NCBI GenBank assembly: GCA_963841735.1
Contig: CAWJDT010000007.1
Location: 1 to 64,000, forward strand
Length of the DNA: 64,000 nucleotides
Reading direction: 5' to 3'
From: an uncultured Actinomycetes bacterium
GTDB taxonomy: Bacteria; Actinomycetota; Thermoleophilia; RBG-16-64-13
Made by a program: the position numbers and the translations under genes. The notes under the pieces were generated by a model. The model was not told the DNA's origin and searched no databases. It saw only the letters and a program-made list of their open reading frames with translations. Shown one piece after another: positions 10,631 through 20,331 of this stretch; the stretch's first letter is position 1; each line of letters starts with the position of its first letter.

Positions 10631-11818
10631 GTGAAGTACGTAGTTCTGATCATCGATGGGGCGTCAGGGTGGCCGATGGCTTCCCTGGGGGGCCGCACGT
10701 CTCTGGAGGCGGCCCACACACCTCACCTCGACCGGCTGGCTCGGGAGGGCACGGTCGGGCTTGCCCACAACGTTCCCGAGGGCATGGAGGCTTCCAGCGC
10801 CGTCGCCTGCATGAGCGTTCTGGGATTCGACCCAGCTGCCTACTACGCCGGGCGAGGGCCTATCGAGGCCGGGGCCATGGGGATCGAACTCGAACCGGGC
10901 CAAGTGGCTATGCGCTGCAACTTCGTGACCGTTGTTAACGGCCGGCTGGTGAGCTACTCCGCCGGCAACATCACGTCAGAGGAGAGCGCCGAGTTGGTGT
11001 CCGCCCTCGCGGACGAGTTGGACGACGAGCGGCTGAAGCTCTATCCCGGGGTGGGTTTCAGACACATCATGACCGTCCGGGAGGGGGGCGATCTGCTCGC
11101 CACCACCTTCACGCCTCCGCACGATGTTACCGACCGTATTGCGGCCGACTATGGCCCGAAGGGTGCCGGCGCCGAGTTTGTGCTGGGCCTGAGCGAGCGA
11201 TCGAAGGCCGTTCTGGCAGGACATCCTGTGAATGCGCGGCGTATTGCCCTGGGATTGCCGCCGGCCACTCAGATCTGGCTCTTCTGGCCGGGTATGCAGT
11301 CGGAGCGAATGCCCACCTTCGCCGAGATGAACGGCGGCAAGAGGGCGGCCCTGACCTCGGCAGTCGATCTGTTGCGGGGCCTAGCTCTGCAGACCGGGGT
11401 GGACGTGCTGACTATCCCCGGGGTCACCGATGGTGGCGATAACGACTATGCAACCCAGATGGCCGGCGCCCTGGAGGCTTTGGCCGACCATGACGTGGTC
11501 TTCGTGCACGTGGAGGCGCCTGATGAGGCTTCACACGCCGGAGATATGGCCGGCAAGGTGCGGGCGATAGGGCAGGTCGACGCCCTGATGGTGCCGCAGG
11601 CGACGGCGCGCGGCGACGTCAGTCTGCTGGTTCTGCCCGACCATCCGACCCCTCTCGAGATCAAGACCCATGTGGCCGAGCCGGTGCCCTTCGTCATGTG
11701 GGGCCCGGGGTTCGCGGCCAACGGTGCCCAGGCCTACAGTGAGGCGGAGGCCCGGGCCACGGGCTTCGCCGTGGCGCCGGGCCACCGCCTGCTACCCAGA
11801 TTCTTGGCGGCCCACTAG
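10631..11818 (+). CDS. apgM: Cofactor-independent phosphoglycerate mutase (archaeal-type)
   Basis: KYVVLIIDG, T-S-LEAAHTP, RGPIEA, HVEAPDEASHAG and PDHPTP motifs. Confidence 0.85.
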   Translation: MKYVVLIIDGASGWPMASLGGRTSLEAAHTPHLDRLAREGTVGLAHNVPEGMEASSAVACMSVLGFDPAAYYAGRGPIEAGAMGIELEPGQVAMRCNFVTVVNGRLVSYSAGNITSEESAELVSALADELDDERLKLYPGVGFRHIMTVREGGDLLATTFTPPHDVTDRIAADYGPKGAGAEFVLGLSERSKAVLAGHPVNARRIALGLPPATQIWLFWPGMQSERMPTFAEMNGGKRAALTSAVDLLRGLALQTGVDVLTIPGVTDGGDNDYATQMAGALEALADHDVVFVHVEAPDEASHAGDMAGKVRAIGQVDALMVPQATARGDVSLLVLPDHPTPLEIKTHVAEPVPFVMWGPGFAANGAQAYSEAEARATGFAVAPGHRLLPRFLAAH

Positions 11819-11877
11819 AAGTCGCGGATGCCTGGCGCCGGGGCGCCGCTCACGGCTGCGGGCCGCGGAAAATGCAA

Positions 11878-11932
11878 ACGCCCGCGGCTGCCGGGGGCGC
11901 GCCGGAGAAGGCGCAGCGGCTGCCGCGGGCGT
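11878..11932. terminator. Inverted repeat between convergent apgM and rubredoxin
   Basis: ACGCCCGCGGCTGCCG ... CGGCTGCCGCGGGCGT, 16-bp arms with one mismatch. Confidence 0.45.
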
Positions 11933-11954
11933 CGGCCCAGCAATGGCGCGACTC

Positions 11955-12119
11955 TTAGTCGGCCATCTTCTCGAACTCGTCCTTGCTTGCGCCGCAGTCC
12001 GGGCACTCCCAGTCCGCGGGCAGGTCTTCAAAGGCGGTCCCCGGTGCGATTCCCTGTGTGGGGTCTCCCTCCGCCGGGTCGTAGATGTAGCCGCACAACA
12101 GGCACTGCCATTTGTCCAT
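11955..12119 (-). CDS. Rubredoxin
   Basis: 54 aa, [11 protein letters not shown]...WECPDCG. Confidence 0.95.
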   Translation of the reverse strand: MDKWQCLLCGYIYDPAEGDPTQGIAPGTAFEDLPADWECPDCGASKDEFEKMAD

Positions 12120-12236
12120 CGGTCGATCCTTTCTTCTTTGGCCGATCGGGTGGCCGGCCCTACCTGGCCGTTGTATCTCCATTTCGGGGGAGATTCAATC
12201 CTTCCTGTGCTACAAGGTCGGCCGCGGCTCCTGTCC

Positions 12237-12266
12237 TTGACGTATACGCGCTCAGTTCTGTAGCAT
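12237..12266 (+). promoter_or_regulatory. Putative hppA promoter
   Basis: TTGACG-N18-TAGCAT. Confidence 0.5.
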
Positions 12267-12290
12267 GAATGTTTGGATTTTGCCTTTTTA

Positions 12291-12340
12291 GGGGCTTTTG
12301 GCGCCAGTGGAAAATGTGCCAAGTGTCTTAGCCGGGCTGT
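12291..12340 (+). promoter_or_regulatory. Candidate Na+ (DUF1646-like) riboswitch or leader structure
   Basis: Stem TTGGCGC/GTGCCAA followed by GTG...AGCCGGGC in the hppA 5' UTR; family resemblance judged from memory only. Confidence 0.3.
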
Positions 12341-12405
12341 TCCCGGGCCGAGGGTTGAACTCCGTACGTTATACGCCACAGGGGATTTGAAGGAGGCAAT
12401 GCTGC

Positions 12406-14901
12406 ATGGAATTCAAACCAACTGAAACGCCTAAGCGTCGTTGGAAGAGGTTGGTACTCTTCTTTGGCGCGACGGTGGCTTCACTACTGGCCTTCGCGCC
12501 GGCCGCTTTGGCAGCCGAAGGCGGTGGGGGCGAGGCAAGCCTGATCTTGCCGAACTTGAACGACGTCAAGTTCCACGGGATCTCGGGCGGTCTGCTTCTA
12601 TCTCTGGGCCTCATCATCTGCGCGCTGGGTCTGCTATTCGGCATCGTGATCTTCTTCCAGCTCCGCAAATTGCCGGCCCACAAGTCGATGAAGGACATCT
12701 CCGAACTCATCTGGCAGACCTGCAAGACCTATCTGGCCAAGCAGGGCATCTTCCTCATCGGGCTTTGGGTGTTCATCGCCATCGTCATAGGGGTGTACTT
12801 CGGCTGGCTCAGCAAGCCCGCAACGGGAAACACGGGGCTGAGGGTGGTCATCATCCTGCTGTTCAGCATCGTGGGTATCCTGGGCAGCTACGGCGTGGCC
12901 TGGTTCGGCATTAGAGTGAACACCTACGCCAACTCGCGCACGGCGTTCGCCAGCCTACGGGGCAAGCCCTACGACATCCACGACATCCCCATGCGCTCGG
13001 GCATGAGCGTCGGCATGATGCTCATCAGCGTCGAGCTGGTGATCATGCTCATCATCCTCATCTGGATCCCGCGTGATCTTGCCGGTCCGTGTTTCATCGG
13101 ATTTGCCATCGGTGAGTCCCTGGGCGCGGCCGCTCTCCGGATCGCGGGCGGTATCTTCACCAAGATCGCCGACATCGGGTCCGACCTGATGAAGATCGTC
13201 TTCAACATCAAAGAAGACGATGCTCGTAACCCGGGTGTGATCGCCGACTGCACGGGCGACAACGCGGGCGACTCGGTCGGCCCCAGCGCCGACGGCTTTG
13301 AGACCTACGGGGTTACCGGCGTGGCGCTCATCACCTTCATCATCCTCGCGGTGACCGAGCCTCTCATCCAGGTGTCTCTCCTGGTGTGGATCTTCGCAAT
13401 GCGCGTCATGATGATCGTCTCCAGCGGCGGGTCGTATTTCATCAACGCCGCGATAACCAAGGCCCGTTACAAGAACGCCAGCAAGATGAACTACGAGGCG
13501 CCCCTGACCTCCCTGGTCTGGATGACCTCGATAGTGTCGATGATCCTTACCTTCGTGGTGTCGTACGCCTTGATCGGCGGCAGCACACAGGTCGGTCAGG
13601 CGCACGGCAACTACTGGTGGATGCTGTCGATCATCATCAGCATGGGCACGTTGGCCGGAGCTCTTATCCCTGAGCTGGTGAAGGTCTTCACCTCCACCAA
13701 GTCGAAGCACGTCAAAGAGGTGGTCGCTTCCGCCAGAGAAGGCGGTGCTTCGCTCGACATCCTTTCCGGATTCGTATCTGGTAATTTCAGCGCCTACTAC
13801 ATCGGCTTCGCCATCATGATCCTGATGGGCGTCGGTTACGCGGTCAGCACCCAGGGGCTTGGCGACATCATGCTTGCCCCCGCGGTATTTGCCTTTGGTC
13901 TTGTTGCCTTTGGCTTCCTGGGCATGGGCCCGGTCACCATCGCCGTAGACTCCTACGGACCGGTCACCGACAACGCTCAGTCGGTCTATGAGCTCTCGAC
14001 CATCGAGCAGATCGAAGGCATCGACGCTGAGATCGAGAAGGACTTCGGCTTCAAGCCTCAGTGGGATGTGGCCAAGGACAACTTGGAGGAGAACGACGGA
14101 GCCGGCAACACGTTCAAGGCGACGGCAAAACCGGTTCTCATCGGTACCGCCGTCGTGGGCGCGACCACGATGATCTTCTCGATCATCATGATGCTCACCG
14201 ACGGGCTCCAAAGCACCTCGGCTGTAGCGAAGCTGTCCATTCTCTACCCGCCGTTCCTGCTGGGCATCATCATGGGCGGCGCGATGATCTACTGGTTCAC
14301 CGGCGCGGCCACTCAGGCCGTGACCACCGGGGCCTACCGGGCCGTGGAGTTCATCAAGGCTCACATCAAGCTTGATGTGGAAGGCGGTAGCGCCAACGTT
14401 GAAGACAGCAAGAAGGTGGTCGGCATCTGCACGGATTACGCGCAGAAAGGCATGATCAATATCTTCCTGGCCGTCTTCTTCGGCACGCTGGCCTTTGCCT
14501 TTGTCGAGCCGTTCTTCTTCATCGGCTATCTGGTGTCCATCGCCGTCTTCGGCCTGTTCCAAGCCATCTTCATGGCCAACGCTGGGGGCGCCTGGGACAA
14601 TGCTAAGAAGATCGTGGAAGTGGACCTGAAAGAGAAGGGCACCCCACTGCACGAGGCTACGGTCATCGGCGACACCGTGGGCGACCCGTTCAAGGACACC
14701 TCCTCGGTCGCCTTGAATCCCGTCATCAAGTTCACCACGCTGTTCGGCTTGCTGGCCGTCGAATTGGCGGTCACCATCGTGAACGACCAGGGCAACCGCG
14801 CGCTTACGTGGATCCTGGCCGGGGTGTTCTTCCTGATCTCGATATTCTTCGTGCACCGTTCGTTCTACGGCATGCGCATCAAGAAGGAGAAGGAAGCCTA
14901 G
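12406..14901 (+). CDS. hppA: Membrane-bound cation-translocating pyrophosphatase, long K+-independent type
   Basis: GGIFTKIADIGSDL, EDDARNPGVIADCTGDNAGD, GNTFKA and GDTVGDPFKDT motifs; 831 aa. Confidence 0.95.
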   Translation: MEFKPTETPKRRWKRLVLFFGATVASLLAFAPAALAAEGGGGEASLILPNLNDVKFHGISGGLLLSLGLIICALGLLFGIVIFFQLRKLPAHKSMKDISELIWQTCKTYLAKQGIFLIGLWVFIAIVIGVYFGWLSKPATGNTGLRVVIILLFSIVGILGSYGVAWFGIRVNTYANSRTAFASLRGKPYDIHDIPMRSGMSVGMMLISVELVIMLIILIWIPRDLAGPCFIGFAIGESLGAAALRIAGGIFTKIADIGSDLMKIVFNIKEDDARNPGVIADCTGDNAGDSVGPSADGFETYGVTGVALITFIILAVTEPLIQVSLLVWIFAMRVMMIVSSGGSYFINAAITKARYKNASKMNYEAPLTSLVWMTSIVSMILTFVVSYALIGGSTQVGQAHGNYWWMLSIIISMGTLAGALIPELVKVFTSTKSKHVKEVVASAREGGASLDILSGFVSGNFSAYYIGFAIMILMGVGYAVSTQGLGDIMLAPAVFAFGLVAFGFLGMGPVTIAVDSYGPVTDNAQSVYELSTIEQIEGIDAEIEKDFGFKPQWDVAKDNLEENDGAGNTFKATAKPVLIGTAVVGATTMIFSIIMMLTDGLQSTSAVAKLSILYPPFLLGIIMGGAMIYWFTGAATQAVTTGAYRAVEFIKAHIKLDVEGGSANVEDSKKVVGICTDYAQKGMINIFLAVFFGTLAFAFVEPFFFIGYLVSIAVFGLFQAIFMANAGGAWDNAKKIVEVDLKEKGTPLHEATVIGDTVGDPFKDTSSVALNPVIKFTTLFGLLAVELAVTIVNDQGNRALTWILAGVFFLISIFFVHRSFYGMRIKKEKEA

Positions 14902-14965
14902 CTCCAGACTCCGACCATTTTCGGTCGCGGCCCCGCAGGGAGCCGCGCACCAGACGATGAGTTCC

Positions 14966-15003
14966 GGGCCGCCCGCCGCACTCCGTGGCGGGCGGCCCCC
15001 TTT
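14966..15003 (+). terminator. Intrinsic terminator of hppA
   Basis: 14-bp stem GGGCCGCCCGCCGC/GTGGCGGGCGGCCC followed by CCTTT. Confidence 0.7.
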
Positions 15004-15075
15004 GCGTCTTGACTTAGCCGGCTCCACGGGGGATAAATGGGGCCGTTCTACATGCTCTTGGAGGAGTGAGACAAC

Positions 15076-16964
15076 TTGGGTGCTGGTTCGATGATTAAGC
15101 GGGGCCTGGTCGGCAAGCCTATGGCCACCGCCGAGGAGATGCAGGAGCGTCTTCCCAAGAAGTACGCCCTGCCCGTCTTTTCCTCCGACGCCATATCGTC
15201 TACCGCGTATGCCACCGAAGAGATCTTGCTTGCTTTGGTGACGGCAGGGGTCGCCGCGGTGAGCTTCTCCATCTACATCGCCTTAGCTGTGATGGTGCTG
15301 CTCGTATTTGTGGCCCTTTCTTACCAGCAGACCGTGCATGCCTACCCCAATGGGGGCGGCTCGTACGTGGTGAGCCGGGAGAACCTGGGTCTTCTTCCCG
15401 GGATGATAGCTGCCGGTTCGTTGATGGTGGACTACGTTATGACCGTGGCCGTCAGTGTGGCCGCCGGGGTGGCTGCCATATCCGGCGGCTTTTCCCTCGC
15501 TGGTCGACGATGCGGCGCATCCGGATCGCATCCGCGTACTCATCTGCGTTGGCCTGATCATCCTGGTCGCCATAGCCAACCTGCGGGGTGTCCGGGAGTC
15601 GGGCAGGCTGTTCGCCATCCCCACGTACTTGTTCGTGGTTCTGTGCGTGGGCTTGGTGGTCGTGGGCATGGTCCGCTGGATCATGGGCGATCTGCATCCT
15701 CAACCTCTGCCTGGCGACGGCAATACCCTTCAGGGACTCGCGATGATGTGGATCGTGCTGCGGGCTTTTTCGGGCGGGTGCTCGGCCATGACCGGGACTG
15801 AGGCCATATCCAATGCCGTGCCTGTCTTCAAGCAGCCGGAGAGCAAGAACGCCGCCATCACGCTGGGCGTTATGGCGGCCATCCTGGGCTTCCTACTTCT
15901 GGGCGTGACCGCCCTGAGCCAGGTGCTGCACATAGTGCCCAAAGAGGGGACTACGGTGCTTGGGGAGATCGGGAAGGCCGTCTACGGGGGAGGGTTCTTC
16001 TACTACGCCCTGCAGGTGGCTACCATGGCCATCCTCGTGCTGGCTGCCAACACGAGCTTCACCGGGTTCCCGCGGCTGGCCTCGGTCCTGGCCCGCGACA
16101 GGCTGATGCCCCGTCAGTTCATGAACCGGGGCGATCGACTGGTGTTCTCTAACGGCATCGTGGGTCTGACCATCGCGGCCATCGTGATCTTGGTCGTCTA
16201 CCGGGCCCGCGTGCATAGCCTGATCCCGCTGTACGCTGTCGGGGTATTCACCAGCTTCACGCTGTCGCAGTCGGGGATGGTGGTCCGCTGGTTCAGGCTC
16301 CGTTCTCCCGGCTGGCGATGGCGCGCCCTCATGAACGGCTTTGGGGCGCTTCTCACCGGGGTGGTGACCATCGTGGTGTTGGTCATCAAGTTCACTCACG
16401 GCGCCTACATCGTGCTGATCGCGGTGATCGTGCTTGTGACCGTGTTCTACAGGGTGCGCCATCACTATCTCAAGGTCGCTCGCTTCCTCGAGCCGCAGAA
16501 CCCCGAGCAACTGGAGCGTTTGGGGCAAGTGGCCATTTCTCGTCCGAAGACTACCGTGGTGCTCTTCGCCTCGCAGGTCAACGAGCTCACGGCTCGCTCT
16601 CTGGCGCTGGGCCGGGGACTCTCGCCCGACGACTTCCATGCGGTCACCATCGCCAGCGACCCGACAGGCGTGCTCGGCCCTGCAGCGGACTTGGGCTGAG
16701 ATGGATATCAATGTGCCTCTGGTGGTAGTGGACTCGCCCTACCGGGAGTTCACTCGTCCGGCAGTGGAGTACGTGCGCTTGCTGCGGCCCAGCCGGAAGC
16801 ACACGGTCACCGTGATCATTCCCGAGTTCGTAGTGGAACACTGGTGGGAGAACTTCTTGCACAACCAGAACGCTCTCCGGCTCAAGGCCGCGCTCCTTGG
16901 CGTACCCTGGGTAGTGGTGATAAGCATCCCCTTCCATATCGGTGTCCCACTGGAGGATGACTAA
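15076..16964 (+). CDS. APC-family permease, KimA/YdaO-like (frameshifted)
   Basis: LPVFSSDAISSTAYATEE, AYPNGGGSY, TGTEAISNAVP; C-terminal VDSPYR...PEFVVEHWWE..LHNQ. Confidence 0.85.
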
Positions 16965-16966
16965 GA

Positions 16967-18924
16967 GTGGCTAGCCGCGGCGGTCTGAAACGGATCCTGC
17001 TGGGACGGCCTTTGGCGACCGCTGAGGAGCATCAAGAGCGGCTTTCGAAGATGTTCGCTCTGCCGGTCTTCTCCGCGGACGCTATCTCATCGACCGCATA
17101 TGCTACAGAGGAGATCCTGCTGGCCCTCATCGCGGCCGGGACGGCGGCGCTGGTGTGGTCGCCTCTCATCGCGTTGGCGCGTCGCGGCCTTGCTGGCCAT
17201 CGTGGCCTTGTCTTATCAGCAAACGGTGCGTGCCTACCCCAGCGGGGGCGGCTCATACGCGGTGAGCCGGGCCAACCTGGGACTGGCCCCGGGGCTGATC
17301 GCTGCCGCCTCGCTGATGGTCGGCTACGTCGCTACGGTGGCCGTGAGCGTTTCCTCCGGCGTCGCGGCTATCACCTCGGCTTTCCCCGGTCTCTATAACC
17401 AACGGGTGCTGCTCTGTGTCGGCCTGGTGGTTCTTATCGCGCTTGCCAACCTGCGGGGAGTGCGGGAGTCGGGGCGGATTTTCGCGGCCCCCACCTACCT
17501 GTTTGTTCTGCTTTGCGGGGGGCTGGTGGTGGTTGGCTTCGTGCGCTGGCTCATGGGTGACCTGCACGCGGTGGAGCAGCAGGGTGTTGAAGGAGCCCAG
17601 GCTCTGACTATGTTCTTGATCTTGCGGGCGTTCGCCGGCGGTTGCGCCGCCATGACAGGCACAGAGGCCATCTCCAACGCCGTGCCCGACTTCAAGCCGC
17701 CCGAGAGCAAGAACGCGTCACAGACCCTTGCCTTCATGGCGGCCTTGCTGGGCTTCCTGCTGATCGGGGTCACCGTGCTCGCTCAGATCACCAAGGTCCA
17801 AGCTCAGCCGCAGGACACGGTGCTAAGCCAGGTGGCGCGTCTGGTCTACGGAAACGGCGGCTTCTTCTACTACGCTTTGCAGATAGCGACGATGGCTATC
17901 CTCGTTCTGGGGGCCAACACCTGCTACGCGGGCTTTCCCCGGCTTTCGTCGGTCATGGCCCGAGATGGCCTGATGCCTCGCCAGTTCATGAACCGGGGCG
18001 ACCGGCTGGTGTACTCCAACGGGATCGTCGGGCTGACGATCGTCGCTATCGTCATCATCGTGGCCTTCAAGGCCGAAACGCACCGGATGATCCCCTTCTA
18101 CGCCTTGGGTGTGTTCATCGGGTTCACGCTGTCGCAGACGGGCATGGTCTTGCATTGGCGCAGGCTGCGGACCAAGGGTTGGCGGCCCCGGGCGGCCATG
18201 AACGCGTTTGGGGCATTGCTCACGGGCGTGGTGGCGGTGGTACTTGTGATCACCAAGTTCACAGAAGGTGGGTACATCGTCATCGGGGCGGTTCCGGTGC
18301 TTGTGGCTTCGTTCTACTGGGTTAGGCGGCACTACCTGCGTGTGGCCCAAGTGCTTGGAGCCGCAGAGTGGCGAGGAGCTCGAGGAACTCGGTCTGGTGG
18401 CAGGGGCCGTGCCCAACAGCACGGTGGTGGTGTTCGTGGCGCAGGTCAACGCAATGACCGCCCGCGCGCTCGCCATAGCCCGGGCCCTGTCGCCTGACGA
18501 CCTGAACGTTGTGACCATCAGCAGCAATCCCGAGCGGCTCCAGCGTCTGCAGTCGACTTGGGTGCAAATGGATCTAGGTATTCGCCTGCAGGTGGTGGAC
18601 TCGCCCTATCGGGAGTTCGTGGGGCCGGCGGTGCGATACGTCAAGTCGTTGAACCCCAGTCCGAAGCACTGGGTGAGCGTTGTGATCCCCGAGTTTGTGG
18701 TAGAACACTGGTGGGAGCAACTGCTCCACAATCAGGACGCGCTACGTCTGAAGGCGGCGTTGTTGCGGGTTCCGTGGGTGGGGGTGATGAGCGTTCCCCT
18801 GCACATGGGGGCGGCGACCATCGGCGAGCAGAAGCAGAGGCGAAGAGAAGGTCGGCAGCGAGGGCAGGCCGACGACGCTGAAACGAGCGATGCGCGAGCA
18901 GAGCGCGAGGCAGCGGATGTCTGA
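16967..18924 (+). CDS. APC-family permease, KimA/YdaO-like, tandem paralog (frameshifted)
   Basis: Same motifs as the upstream copy; starts 2 nt after its stop. Confidence 0.85.
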
Positions 18925-19019
18925 CTGGCGCGAAGAAAATGAGCCGCCCGCCAAACATAGGCGTAAAATCGACAGGTAAGACGATAGGGAATTATGGGTA
19001 GTCTGTCAGGGGGCTGTAA

Positions 19020-20331
19020 GTGAACGAATCTGCGCAGACCTGGGTGGAGGCTGATCTTGTCATAACCGGGGCAGGTGAGCTTCTCACCTGTGCCCGCACC
19101 GGAGAGAGCTCGGGAGCGCGCTCTACGTTGGGCAGGATCGATGGGGGCGCGGTGGCCGTCCGCCAAGGGCGCGTTGTGTGGGTGGGCAAAGCGCTCGACC
19201 TACAAGAAGAGGTCCGTCTGATACGTGGCGGGCAAGAGATAGATGCAGAGGGACGCTTGGTCATGCCGGGCTTGGTGGAGTGCCACGCTCACCTGGCCTA
19301 TGCCTGCCGACCGGGCCGAGGAGTTCCAGCTGCGCGTGGCCGGGGCCACCTATCAGGAAGTGGCCGCTGCCGGTGGCGGGATCATGAGCACCGTGCACGC
19401 TACTCGGGGCGCCTCCGACGAGACCCTTCGCGCCCTCACCCGTCGACGGCTGGATCACTTTCTACGCTACGGGGTCACCACCGTAGAAGCCAAGAGCGGC
19501 TACGGCCTTACGGTGGAGCAGGAGCTCCGGTTGCTCGAGGTCTACCGGGACGTGGGCATGGCACATGCGGTGGATGTGGTGCCCACGCTGCTGGCCGGGC
19601 ACTCTGTGCCGGTGGAGTACGTGGGACGCGCCGACGAATACCTCAAGATGGTCGTGAAGAAGCTGATCCCCGTGGTGGCCAAGCGCGGGCTGGCCCGCTT
19701 CTGTGACGCTTTCTGCGAGCAGGGGGCTTTCTCGGTGGATCAGTGCCGCATGCTGCTGAAGGCCGGCAAGGAGTACGGGCTTGCGCCCAAGCTGCACGCC
19801 GACCAACTGAGCAACATGGGCGGGGCGGAGCTTGCGGCTGAGTTGGAGGCCGTCTCGGTGGACCACTTGGATCACGTGAGCGATGCCGGCATCGCCGCGC
19901 TCGCGGCGTCGAGCGACCAGCGGCGGGTTCCTGTGGCGGTTCTTCTGCCCGGGGCCACTTTCTTCCTGGGTGAAGGCAGCCAAGCCCCGGCCCGTCGGTT
20001 GCTTGACGCCGGCGCCCGGGTGGCGCTCAGCACCGACATGAACCCCGGTTCGAGTCCCACCCAGAACCTGTGGCTTATGGCCACCATGGGTTGCTCCGTG
20101 CTCAGGATGACGGCCGACGAAGTGATACGGGCCATCACCATCGAGGCGGCGGCAGCGCTTGCTGTGGACGATGAGGTGGGGAGCCTGGAGGTCGGCAAGA
20201 AGGCGGACATTCTTATCCTCGATAGCCACCGTCACGTGGAGATCCCGTATCGCTACGGGATGAACCCGGTGTGGCGGGTGTACAAGGACGGCCAACTCGT
20301 GGTCAAGCGGGACCTCGCGGGAGTGGTCTAG
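19020..20331 (+). CDS. hutI: Imidazolonepropionase (frameshift near 19305)
   Basis: [33 protein letters not shown] and [10 protein letters not shown] motifs. Confidence 0.88.

Noticed and set aside
12955-15027. Long antisense ORFs (e.g. 690 aa opposite hppA, 439 aa opposite the activase)
   Set aside because: Shadow frames typical of high GC3 coding sequence; no motifs
14905-15075. c-di-AMP (ydaO) riboswitch ahead of the KimA-like genes
   Set aside because: Hairpins are explained by the hppA terminator; no ydaO consensus seen. None seen ahead of NlpC/P60 either
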